Origin: Macrostomum lignano
Lineage: Eukaryota
Assembly: GCA_002269645.1 (NCBI GenBank)
Contig: NIVC01003683.1
Coordinates: 19,103 to 83,102 of the forward strand
Direction of reading: 5' to 3'
Length of the DNA: 64,000 nucleotides
Under the pieces are notes generated by a model. The model searched no databases and was not told the origin of the DNA. It saw only the letters and a list, made by a program, of their open reading frames with translations. Numbering within the stretch: position 1 is the first letter of the stretch; every line of letters begins with the position of its first letter. The position numbers were made by a program, and so were the translations under genes. This document shows positions 51,951 through 62,860 of this stretch, piece after piece.

Positions 51951-52130
51951 TTTTAAAATAAAATTTTCAAGAGACAAGAAAATAACAAAACAAGAATTGG
52001 CCAATAAATACGAAACACGTCACCAGCAGATCCCCTTAGAAATTATTTAAGCCCGTATTATTACTAGTATTAATAATAAAGCAAGGCGGATATAGAAATG
52101 CAAGCCCCAGCAAACTCCACAGTGAGCAAG

Positions 52131-52772
52131 TCACACAACAATCCGATAGGTGACATAGCGTCCGGCTGTGTCCGAGGATCGAATAATTTTAACAACTTCG
52201 CCCTTCTTCAAGCCCAGATAGCGAGCCACGGGATCGCCCAGCTGTATTTTTGGCAGCTGGCTCTCCTTGAATCGGTAGCGATCCAGCAGCTCCTTCTTCT
52301 CCGCTGGCGTCAGCAGTTCGTGCCGCGGCACCAGCTCGTGCTCCGTGATGTTAATCATCAGCTCGGATTCGAAGAAATGCTCCAGAGTGTACTTCGGCTG
52401 AATGTCTAGCAGGGATTGCTTAGCAGACGGTGACATGCCTCCGCTGGCCTGGATGACTAGGATGGCTTTGTAAACGCCCTCCTGCTGCATCCGGTTCACG
52501 TAGGTCTTCACGTGTTTAATGCCCAGCTTGGGCTCGTCAGCAAAGAACACAATCATCCGGTCTGTTGGATCCTCCTGGTGAGCAACCAGCATTGTCAGGT
52601 CGGAACGGGACGGCTTCTGCGCTGAGCAGGGCTGATCACCGAACTGCTGTTTGAACTCTTCCAGAGTCTGGGTGCACTCCTCCTGCAGGATCAGGTAGCC
52701 CCTGTCTCTGCACATCTGGTTGATGGTGCGCCGCACCTTCCACAGCTTGTAGGTCTCCGCCTCGTCGTCCAT
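52131..52772 (-). CDS. POLR2E: RNA polymerases I/II/III shared subunit RPB5
   Basis: [66 protein letters not shown]; intronless CDS. Confidence 0.97.
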   Translation of the reverse strand: MDDEAETYKLWKVRRTINQMCRDRGYLILQEECTQTLEEFKQQFGDQPCSAQKPSRSDLTMLVAHQEDPTDRMIVFFADEPKLGIKHVKTYVNRMQQEGVYKAILVIQASGGMSPSAKQSLLDIQPKYTLEHFFESELMINITEHELVPRHELLTPAEKKELLDRYRFKESQLPKIQLGDPVARYLGLKKGEVVKIIRSSDTAGRYVTYRIVV

Positions 52773-52824
52773 TGTTCAGCATGCATTGGGGAGAAGTAGA
52801 TTAATAATAGCTGGGGTCCTGACA

Positions 52825-53568
52825 CCCAGTGTGCTCTGACAGCTACACCCAGTGTGTCCTGATAGCTGCAACCGGTGCCCTGACAGCTGCAACCGGTACC
52901 CTGACAGCTGCACCCAGTGCCCTGACAGCTGCACCCAGTGCGCCCTGACAGCTGCACCCAGTGCCCTGACAGCTGCACCCAGTGCGCCCTGACAGCTGCA
53001 CCCAGTGCCCTGACAGCTGCACCCAGTGTGCTGACAGCTGCACCCAGTACCCTGACAGCTGCACCCAGTACCCTGACAGCTGCACCCAGTGCCCTGACAG
53101 CTACACCCAGTGCCCTGACAGCTACACCCAGTGCCCTGACAGCTACACCCAGTGCCCTGACAGCTGCAACCGGTGCCCTGACAGCTGCAACCGGTGCCCT
53201 GACAGCTGCACCCAGTGCGCCCTGACAGCTGCACCCAGTGCCCTGACAGCTGCACCCAGTGCGCCCTGACAGCTGCACCCAGTGCCCTGACAGCTGCACC
53301 CAGTGTGCTGACAGCTGCACCCAGTACCCTGACAGCTGCACCCAGTACCCTGACAGCTGCACCCAGTGCCCTGACAGCTACACCCAGTGCCCTGACAGCT
53401 ACACCCAGTGCCCTGACAGCTACACCCAGTGCCCTGACAGCTGCAACCGGTGCCCTGACAGCTGCAACCGGTGCCCTGACAGCTGCAACCGGTGCCCTGA
53501 CAGCTGCACCCAGTGTGCTGACAGCTACACCCAGTGCCCTGACAGCTGCACCCAGTACCCTGACAGCT
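52825..53568. repeat. 21-bp (with 23-bp variants) minisatellite (ccctgacagctgcacccagtg)
   Basis: Direct reading; lies between the TRIP4 stop and the POLR2E start. Confidence 0.95.
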
Positions 53569-54108
53569 AAGTTATGATACATATAATGTGAAATAAAAAA
53601 ACTGATTAAAAGTCAACAGATACAACAGCAGGAAACAGCCTGCGAACAAATCAATCAATATATTTCTTCTCTATGACGTACTGGATATGACATACAAAGT
53701 AGCATTCCACCATAAGTTTCATGAGGGGGGTTGCAAAAGGGATTTACCAAAAATGCCATATTTTGTATTGCATTTAGCTCAACAAATGTAAGACGAAATC
53801 TTGAACCAGCAGTCCACAGAAAACAAAGGTTTTCTTTCGAAATTAAGGTACAGTTTTAGGGATTCTTGGGATTTTAATACTTCTATCAATTGTCTACTTT
53901 GAGCAGATCTGTAAACATGGAGTTTGCAGGCTTCTGCATTATAATAAAAATGTATTATCGTACTACTTAATAGACACTATAGTAGTATCTGCAGTAGAAA
54001 TCACACAGTTTAGCAGTTAAAGCTTGGCAACCGGAACTGAAAGCAGAGAACGATGCATGGGCAGCATAATAGCCAACGCAGAGAGCGGCAAGCGCTTTCT
54101 TGGAATAA

Positions 54109-57100
54109 CTAGACGCCGCCGCGAGCTAATCCGGCCAAAGCCGCCTTGTGCAGCTGCTTGTCCAGCCGGTAGATTTTGTGCTCCCCCTTCATCGGCAGCT
54201 TTAGCAGCAGTTCGCGAGGATTTGAGCACAAAAGCACGAATGGCGACTCGCTCTCGCCCTGAAATGGGGTTGACGGAATGTGACACTCTGTGATGATACG
54301 AGGTAATATGATACTCAGTGATAATTATGACCCTCAGTGATGATCATGTGACACTCAGTGATGATTATATGACCCTGAGTGATGATCATATGACACTCAG
54401 TCATGATCATATGCGCATCTCTGTCAAGGATGACCACATCTCAGCCAAGAATTGAGAACCTCTTAATCAATGATGAGCAAATCTCAATCAAGGATGAGTC
54501 ACATCTTAGTCATGAATGAACACATCTCAGTCAAAGATGAGCACATCTCAGTCAATGATGAGCACATCCCAGTCAAGGATAAGCACATCTCAGTCAAGGA
54601 TGAGCACATCTCAGTCAAAGATGAGCACATCCCAGTCAATGATGAGCACATCTCAGTCAATGATGAGCACATCTCAGTCAATGATGAGCACATCTCAGTC
54701 AAGGATGAGCACATCTCAGTCAATGATGAGCACATCTCAGTCAAGGATGAGCACATCTCAGTCAATGATGAGCACATCCCAGTCAAGGATAAGCACATCT
54801 CAGTCAAGGATGAGCACATCTCAGTCAAAGATGAGCACATCCCAGTCAATGATGAGCACATCTCAGTCAATGATGAGCACATCTCAGTCAAGGATGAGCA
54901 CATCTCAGTCAATGATGAGCACATCTCAGTCAAGGATGAGCACATCTCAGTCAAGGATGAGCACATCTCAGTCAATGATGAGCACATCTCAGTCAAGGAT
55001 GAGCACATCTCAGTCAAAGATGAGCACATCCCAGTCAATGATGAGCACATCTCAGTCAATGATGAGCACATCTCAGTCAAGGATGAGCACATCTCAGTCA
55101 AGGATGAGCACATCTCAGTCAATGATGAGCACATCTCAGTCAATGATGAGCACATCTCAGTCAAGGATGAGCACATCTCAGTCAAGGATGAGCACATCTC
55201 TGTCAAGGATGACCACATCTCAGCCAAGAATTGAGAACCTCTTAATCAATGATGAGCAAATCTCAATCAAGGATGAGTCACATCTTAGTCATGAATGAAC
55301 ACATCTCAGTCAAAGATGAGCACATCTCAGTCAATGATGAGCACATCCCAGTCAAGGATGAGCACATCTCAGTCAAGGATGAGCACATCTCAGTCAAAGA
55401 TGAGCACATCCCAGTCAATGATGAGCACATCTCAGTCAATGATGAGCACATCTCAGTCAATGATGAGCACATCTCAGTCAAGGATGAGCACATCTCAGTC
55501 AAGGATGAGCACATCTCAGTCAATGATGAGCACATCTCAGTCAAGGATGAGCACATCTCAGTCAAAGATGAGCACATCCCAGTCAATGATGAGCACATCT
55601 CAGTCAATGATGAGCACATCTCAGTCAAGGATGAGCACATCTCAGTCAAGGATGAGCACATCTCAGTCAATGATGAGCACATCTCAGTCAATGATGAGCA
55701 CATCTCAGTCAATGATGAGCACATCTCAGTCAATGATGAGCACATCTCACTCAACAATAACCCGGAACCATCGCCTACCTGGGGAAACTGCTCCCTGTAC
55801 TCATCTTGCGGCAGCACATCGTCAACGTGAACGCAGCCAAGCAGGCAGCCAGTCGGATAGGCTGTCGGGAATTCGGCATCGGGCAGGCGCTGCCGATATT
55901 CGGACAGCACGGCGGCGACCTCCTCGTCGCTTGGACGCCTGGCAGTGGCGGCGATCCAGAGCCGGCCGCGGTGGGCAGTGTACCAGCTGCGTCCTTCGTG
56001 TACTTTAATACCGCGCACAAGTAGGGTAGCCCAAGGCTGGTGCATGCTCAGACAGTGGCCGTCATCGCGGAGCTCGCGCAAGTCGGCATCCTGCAGTCGG
56101 AGAGCCGCGCGTTTAGCATCGGAGCTGGACTGGGCTGAGCTGGACTGCTGCTGCTTGCCGCCGCTCTTGCCAGCCGGCTCGGTGGCGACAAACTGAGGCG
56201 GACAGGCAATGGAAGGATTTGCCAGCGGGAAATCCTCGACTGACCAGCTGGGAGCGGCGGATGAGCCGGACTGGTCCGCTGCTGGATCTGAGTTGGCTGA
56301 GCGGCCTTGAGCTGCAAATGGGGGATTTTTTTGTGATAGCCTGGCAACAAATCTGAGGGTTAATCTGTGCACACAGGTTGCATCTGAGGGATAATCTGCA
56401 GGTTGCATCTGAGGGATAATCTGCAGGTTGCATCTGAGGGATAATCTGCAGGTTGCATCTGAGGGATAATCTGCAGGTTGCATCTGAGGGATAATCTGCA
56501 GGTTGCATCTGAGGGATAATCTGCAGGTTGCATCTGAGGGATAATCTGCAGGTTGCATCTGAGGGATAATCTGCAGGTTGCATCTGAGGGATAATCTGCA
56601 GGTTGCATCTGAGGGATAATCTGCAGGTTGCATCTGAGGGATAATCTGCAGGTTGCATCTGAGGGATAATCTGCAGGTTGCATCTGAGGGATAATCTGCA
56701 GGTTGCATCTGAGGGATAATCTGCAGGTTGCATCTGAGGGATAATCTGCAGGTTGCATCTGAGGGATAATCTGCAGGTTGCATCTGAGGGATAATCTGCA
56801 GGTTGCATCTGAGGATTAATCTCTGTGTCTGCAGGTTGCATCTGAAGGTTAATCTCTACAGTTGCACCTGAGGATTAATCTCTACAGTTGCACCTGAGGG
56901 TTAATCTCAGTGTCCACTGACCAGCACGAGTCCTGGCCTCGGCAATCTCGCGCAGCACATCGTCCTGCTCGGGGTCGATGTGGCCCTGCGCGGCGGGATC
57001 CGGATCGTCAACCAGACACCGGCCGGCAAAATCGTACACCAGCCGACGCTCCAGCCGGGACTTGTGTCTCTGCTGCCGGATTTCCGACTCGCGCTGGCGC

Positions 57101-60100
57101 AATTTCGACTTTTCAGCGTCCGACAACCAAACGGCGCCGTCGGACTCAAAATAATCCATCTGATCGTCGATAACCTTGGTACGCCTGGCGCTATTCCGGT
57201 CATATTCTAGCAGCTTCTGCTTCACCGCCAGCGCGGCGTCAAGGGCGGCATCGTCAGGCGGCGTCGACGCCGAGACTGCCGACATTAGCTGGCGACGCAG
57301 TTGGTCGCTTTTCTTAGAGCCGCGAGCCAGGATCTGACGTAGAAGTTTAATATTATTATTATTATTATTAATTATTATTATTGATTATACGCGGCCTAAT
57401 GGCCAAATGTGCAACCGACAGCTCAGCCGCAGCTATTGCGCATCGCATCTGAAGGCTGCGTACGGCTGTTCAGTCTAAGGACTGGGGGGTCGCCACACAC
57501 CCTCAATTACCCCAGCTAATGCTGGCATCCATTTTACAGCTGGGTGAACTGAAGCAATGCAGAGTTAAGTGTCTTGCTTAAGGACAGAAATTGTTCTGAG
57601 TGAATCGAACACCCGCCCTTTAAGTCGTAAGTCCGGCACTTTAACTACTACTAGACTACAACCAATATACTCGTAGTCTTATTATATAGGCGTTATATTA
57701 GTTGCAAAAGTACAGTTAGACTTATCAGCTTATAGTTAGTTAGGAAATCTCACTACTGGACCAGACAAAGTTATTTTATGCTTCGTCTATTTAAGTTCTA
57801 GGGAAAAATAACAAATTTCAATTATAACGGGTCCCAAAAAAGAATAATGTATTTAACAGGTTGAATTCGCACGTTATTCGGTTATAGGCTGCTTAAACCA
57901 GGGGTCGGTGGGTATAGAGAGAGAAGAGGAAGAGATGAGAGGTGAGAGAAATGATGAGAGAGAAGATAAGGAGACATAAGAGGAGGGACATGGACACATT
58001 GGCTATTGCCACAGCGCTGACAACTCCCTCAAGATTAGTGGTTGTTGGACGATAATCTGTGGCCAAGAGCAATATAAAAACACGAGTACGGTCAAGCGAT
58101 AGGACTTCGAGCATTCTTCGGCCTAAGAACAGGCTACTAGTGACATTGGTAGGCCCGGCACTTATGCCAACATCAATCCAGGCATTCTGGTCATCGGGCA
58201 AACTGAGGCGGACAGGCAATGGAGGGATTTGCCAGCGGGAAATCCTCGACTGACCAGCTGGGAGCGGCGGATGAGCCGGACTGGTCCGCTGCTGGATCTG
58301 AGTTGGCTGAGCGGCCTTGAGCTGCAAATGGGGGATTTTTTTGTGCACACAGGTTGCATCTGAGGGATAATCTGCAGGTTGCATCTGAGGGATAATCTGC
58401 AGGTTGCATCCGAGGGATAATCTGCAGGTTGCATCTGAGGGATAATCTGCAGGTTGCATCTGAGGGATAATCTGCAGGTTGCGGCAAGGCAGACGCATCC
58501 GAGAACAATGCAAAATCGGTGCCTTTAGACACTGGTCCAGCTCTTATTAAAATAGAGTTAATTAGCTTTGCCGAATTCCCACAGATGAGGTCCAAAGGAG
58601 TAGTCAGCGCAGGACACGGCCTCAATGAACGGTTGAACTTTCGGCACGCGTTTCAGCCAGGTGAAATTTGACAAACTATTTTTAGAAACAAAGTGCTCAT
58701 TCCTCAGCAGACCGTAAGAAGTTGAGCCGTCAAATGTGGCGCTTTCATCTGTCCAAAGCAGATTGGTGCTTTCAAACTGATAGTTGCTGGGCTCAGGCTG
58801 GCACACACACAAGATTGCTCAGCCTGTGCCGCCTACCAGCCAGCCACACGCCAATCAATGGAGAGCCAATTGACACAGAAGCATCGCAGGTGGCCAGTGC
58901 TTGAAGCCGATAAGTTGAACAGTCGCTTACCACAGCACTGCTAGCGGCTCTGCATATCTGCTGGTATTGGAATAGCGAGCACACGCCTGTCTGCCTGTTC
59001 CACTGCAACAGTGGATCTTCTATTGAGTCTGGCTGGCAACTAGCTTTAAATAAGCAGCTCTGCAGGTGTAGAGTGTTCTACCTCCCACAAAAAAAGTAAA
59101 TTGACAATCGTAGGATGCTACTATAAGTAAGTAAGTGCACGCATGCGCACCTAAACTTTAGAAATGAATCATGTTACTATTTATAGCAGCAGAATGAATC
59201 ATGTTACTATTTATAGCAGCACAATGAATCATGTTACTATTTATAACACACGATGAGTCATGTTACCCCTTATAGCGCAACACATGAGTCATGATGTTAT
59301 TTTTGGACTACCGAATCATCTATAAATATAAGCGGTCCAAAGCGCACCCGGAGTCAACTCCCGACGATAGGAGAAGCTTCGAAGAGGTTGTCTTTAGGAA
59401 GACTACCTGGTCGCCCAGTCAAAGGCAAGACTTGGTCGAGTTGTTGCGGTAAGCCTTTTTTATTTGCGCCTGTTGTTGAGACGTCTCGCTCAAGTCCAGT
59501 GTTACTTGAGTCTAGTTGAGTCTGTTGAGACTCTATTGGCTGTAGTCGCCTGAAGGACTACCCTAGTAGATCTTAGAGGAGCTACTAGAGATATCCGCAT
59601 TACCTAGAGTGCATAGAGGCACTTCTAGAAGAAGAAGGCTTAACAGAAACCGCTATTTGGCGCAGGGATCCCATTGTTAATACGAGGCCTCTGATTGGTC
59701 TTGACTGAAGACACCGGCCGGAAGGAACCTCATCGGAAGTACAAGAAGAACCAGAACCAGAGCAACTGAAGAATCAAGGCGCCTGATCTACGAGATCACA
59801 AGAGATCCACGCGAGATCTACTCGAAGTCTACAGAAGAGATATCTCCAAACGACGTCAAGGTAAGAAGTACCTTTGATTGATAACTGGGTTGCCTAGCAA
59901 GTAGCTAGACGTGATTGTTCCTTGATTGCTGAGAAGGTCTTGGTAGTAAGGAACACATCACAGGCTTGTCATCGAATGCCATTTAATCAGGGCCAGGCTC
60001 GCATTCAAGCATTGGATAGTTGGGTATTCACACCAGCGACTGTTGGCACTGCAGGCGGCAGTTGATTCGGCCAGTGACAGACTTGCAGTCAAAGTCATGC

Positions 60101-61876
60101 TTTGTGTATAACTTTGTTGTTAAAATTGCTCACATAAGACTTTGATAGTTGAGCTGCTAAATCTATCAAATTTATACAGTGAGGTTTAACGGACCAAGAG
60201 TTGGAGAGAGTGTGACGCCGGGAGAGGGCGAAAGTATTGAAACTTCATGTGGACTGAGGGGCAGAGGGAAAGCTGGGTTATGGGATGAGTTCAGTGATAG
60301 AAACCATACTCTCCGGAATCAACTGGCTACTGGCTGTAAAAAAACAAACTGCTCAGCATAAGTTGGCTGCATACCAGCAGCTAAAAGTCATGAATTTTTA
60401 ATATATATATATAATTCGATAGCTCTTAGCCTACGAAACACTAATGCAGCAATAGGGAGCTCAGCTAGTCTAACACAATTCAACTACTTCAAGTAAGAAA
60501 AAACGAGCTATAGTTTGCCCATTCTGCCTCTTCGGTGTTGAGAATGCAGAGCACTTCATCTGTGAATGCTCCGTCTTTACTCAGGACAGCTCACCTACCT
60601 CGGCCCAAACCCGGACCTTTCCGACGTTTTCAGCCCCGAGAATCTCTGCCAGCTCGTCCGCTACCTGAGGGCTACCGGGCGAGCGACCATCCACCTCCTG
60701 GATTCTCCGGAGGGCTGCAGACACCGGTACCACCGGATCTCCCTGCGCGTCACCGCAGCACCAGCTGCTGCCCGTGGTCGCCAGAGGTTAGCGGTGGAAT
60801 GGGCGGCAACGCCCATTTTCAAAGGTCTCCAAAAAAAGAAGAAACATTAAAAGCATCAATACAGCCCCATATTATTGACGCAGGCTTCTAAACGAGACCT
60901 CCTTTCTAGAAAACATTGTAACCATGGAGGCAGTTGACCCGCTTGACCCCTCTAAGATGGCTTCTTTATTTTTTGGCCCTAATACTAATTATAACATAAT
61001 TTATTACACCTGCCCTACACCTGACCTGATGTGCAACCGACAGCTCAGCCGCAGTTATTGCGCGACGCATCTGAAGGCTGCGTACGGCTGTTCAGTCCAA
61101 GGAATGGGGGAGGTTTGGGGGGAGGGTCGCCACACATACCCTCAATTATCCCAGCTAATGCAGGTAACCCAATTTACAGCTGGGTGAACTGAAGCAATGC
61201 AGAGTTAAGCGTCCGATTGAGTTGAGAATCGAACCCCTGACCTTTCAATAGCGATTCCGACGCTCTAACCACTAGGCTACAACCCCTGGCCCTAGAGAAA
61301 CCAAAAATACTATTTGAGGCTAGAAAAGCCCGTGCTGCTCACCTCAGTCTCAGCCTTGCTAGCCACTAATTCTCCGCAGAACATGCAAGGCCCTGAGCCC
61401 TCCTGCTGGCAGACAATCCTGCCGCAGCCAAGGCAATTGTTAATTAGGCTGTGCTTTGTAGCAACGCAGTCGCATCTGTGCCGGCCTGGCAGCATGGCTA
61501 CGGCAATCTGGTCGCCCAGTTCGCTGAATAAAGGCACAAACTTGTCACCACTCCTGCGGCTAGTGGAGCCGGCAGCAGACGAAACCGGGTCAATAGGTTT
61601 CTTCTCCAAGCCTACAGAAGCAGCTTGAGCAACTTGAGGGGTGAGACGAATGGAAGCGGACGCTTGAGCAGCAGTAGCAGCCGGCTTTGCCAGCCATTCG
61701 GTGCGAAGTTCGGCTAGCAAAGCGGCGTGTTTAGGATTCGAATGATCGATAAATTCGGCTAGATATTCGAGCGCGTCCGAACGATCGGACATATTGGCCA
61801 TGTAAGCGGCCACGTGGCTGGCAATGTCCGGGTCCAGTGCGCCGGCTAGGCGGTTCTCAAGATTAGCGGCGGCCAT
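54109..61876 (-). CDS. TRIP4: Activating signal cointegrator 1 (zf-C2HC5 + ASCH), 4 exons
   Basis: Exons 61876-61343, 57333-56922, 56311-55779 and 54258-54109 (phases 0,1,0). Motifs [30 protein letters not shown]; [12 protein letters not shown]; [24 protein letters not shown]; [22 protein letters not shown]. Confidence 0.93.
54290..55750. repeat. 21-bp intronic satellite (gatgagcacatctcagtcaat/g) with a 779-bp internal duplication
   Basis: TRIP4 intron 3; the degenerate lead-in block recurs at an offset of 779 (ORFs 54470 and 55249). Confidence 0.95.
56355..56905. repeat. 25-bp intronic satellite (gcaggttgcatctgagggataatct)
   Basis: Fills TRIP4 intron 2; a few units are also present at 58345-58485. 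Confidence 0.95.
57349..57663 (-). mobile_element. tRNA-derived CORE-like SINE, near full length, with a (TAA)n tail
   Basis: Homologous to 47460-47675 and 61030-61286; attattattatt tail on + at 57349-57385. Confidence 0.8.
57893..59070 (-). pseudogene. Nested, disrupted ORF fragments of a putative Cys-containing (PAN/apple-like) membrane protein
   Basis: [25 protein letters not shown], a frameshift at a gtgtgt run, in-frame stops, and a hydrophobic C-terminal segment after the TRIP4 insert. Confidence 0.4.
58199..58485 (-). other. Duplicated 5' half of TRIP4 exon 3 with its acceptor and adjacent satellite units, inside intron 1
   Basis: 58199 onward matches 56189 onward (offset 2010) with one visible substitution in the exon part and a short deletion in the intron part. 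Confidence 0.92.
59136..60178 (+). mobile_element. Possible solo LTR in TRIP4 intron 1, antisense to TRIP4
   Basis: TG...TATACA with an imperfect 5-bp flank gtaag/gtgag; repeated TGA(A/G)TCA motifs; TATAAATATAAGC at 59321; donor-like caag/gtaaga near 59860. Confidence 0.4.
60490..60700 (+). mobile_element. LINE ORF2 C-terminal zinc-knuckle relic
   Basis: [21 protein letters not shown], then a frameshifted [15 protein letters not shown], typical of LINE 3' ends. Confidence 0.65.
61030..61286 (-). mobile_element. tRNA-derived CORE-like SINE
   Basis: Third copy with the A-box, B-box (ggttcgattc) and the same body. Confidence 0.8.
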
Positions 61877-62329
61877 TTTTGGCTGTGGGTTTTAATAAAA
61901 TTTAGCAACAAATCCACGGTTGAAGTAGGAAGTTATCAACAGTCAATGCTCATGACTAGTGGCTTTAGAGCTTAAATTCTTATTTGTATATAAAATTAAA
62001 AGTTTGTTATTATAGTACTAGCAATATAGCACTATTTAGCTGACGAGGAGTTTACATCTCTTAAGACATATATAGTTACTCTCGCATTTTACTTCATTTA
62101 GTGAGCTAAAATACATTTTCTAGAAAATAATGCATGCCTTTGCCAGTTATAAATCATTTTACAATGGATAATTTTAGATATATGATTATATCAGTTTTTC
62201 AAATTTTCTTTTCTTTAAAGAGCATTGACAGTGCCAAGTACTACCCTTAATTTTTAAACATTACTTCTGATGACCTCTCAGTAATATTTTCAAGCCTTCT
62301 CATCTTGGATGTTCTCTAACCCCCAGCCC

Positions 62330-62860
62330 TATTCCAACATCAATGTTTGTGTAGTGTCAAACATTTATATCTTTGTTGCTTGAGTCCCCAATTCTAAGGA
62401 CTTAAGAGCTCTACTCATATTGAAGATGAAAAAAATTATCTTATCCCAACCCCACCCCAGGGATTTAAGAACTCCGATTGAAAGTGAAAACATTCATGTC
62501 CTAACTTTAGTTGCACCAACCCCAATGTGCACACTGCATCAAAACTCTGTTGTTTAAGTCCCCAACCCTAAGGACTTAAGAGTTCCTCCTGCATTAAAAT
62601 TGAAAAGACTCATCTTAATATTAGCCCCTACCAACCAAATACAATGTGCATATGGTATCCAAACTCTGTTGATAAGTCCCTAAATCTATGCAGGGACTTA
62701 AGAGCTTCCCCTGGAAAGTGAAAACATTCATCTTAATTCTTTAGCCCTTACCACCTAACCATAAGGACATGGTATTGACAATCTATGTTAATGCTTGAGT
62801 CCTAAATTCTAGGGACTTATGAGTTCCCCTCACTTTGAAGCTGGCAACACATTCATTTAT
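62330..62860. repeat. Old, about 120-bp degenerate tandem repeat with AGTCC-N-GGACT hairpin cores
   Basis: Cores near 62382, 62556, 62675 and 62797, with homologous downstream sequence. Confidence 0.6.

Noticed and set aside
49747-52050. VSVEATQSRQ / STLSSLYTHL repeat proteins
   Set aside because: A 30-bp satellite that happens to be open on both strands; not coding evidence.
52691-56841. Long ORFs fused to TRIP4 or POLR2E through repeat peptides (501 aa etc.)
   Set aside because: The repeat parts are intronic or intergenic; canonical splice sites delimit the conserved exons.
7934-62860. CRISPR-like appearance of several 23-42-bp arrays
   Set aside because: There are no unique spacers, the units are contiguous, there are no cas genes, and the context is eukaryotic.
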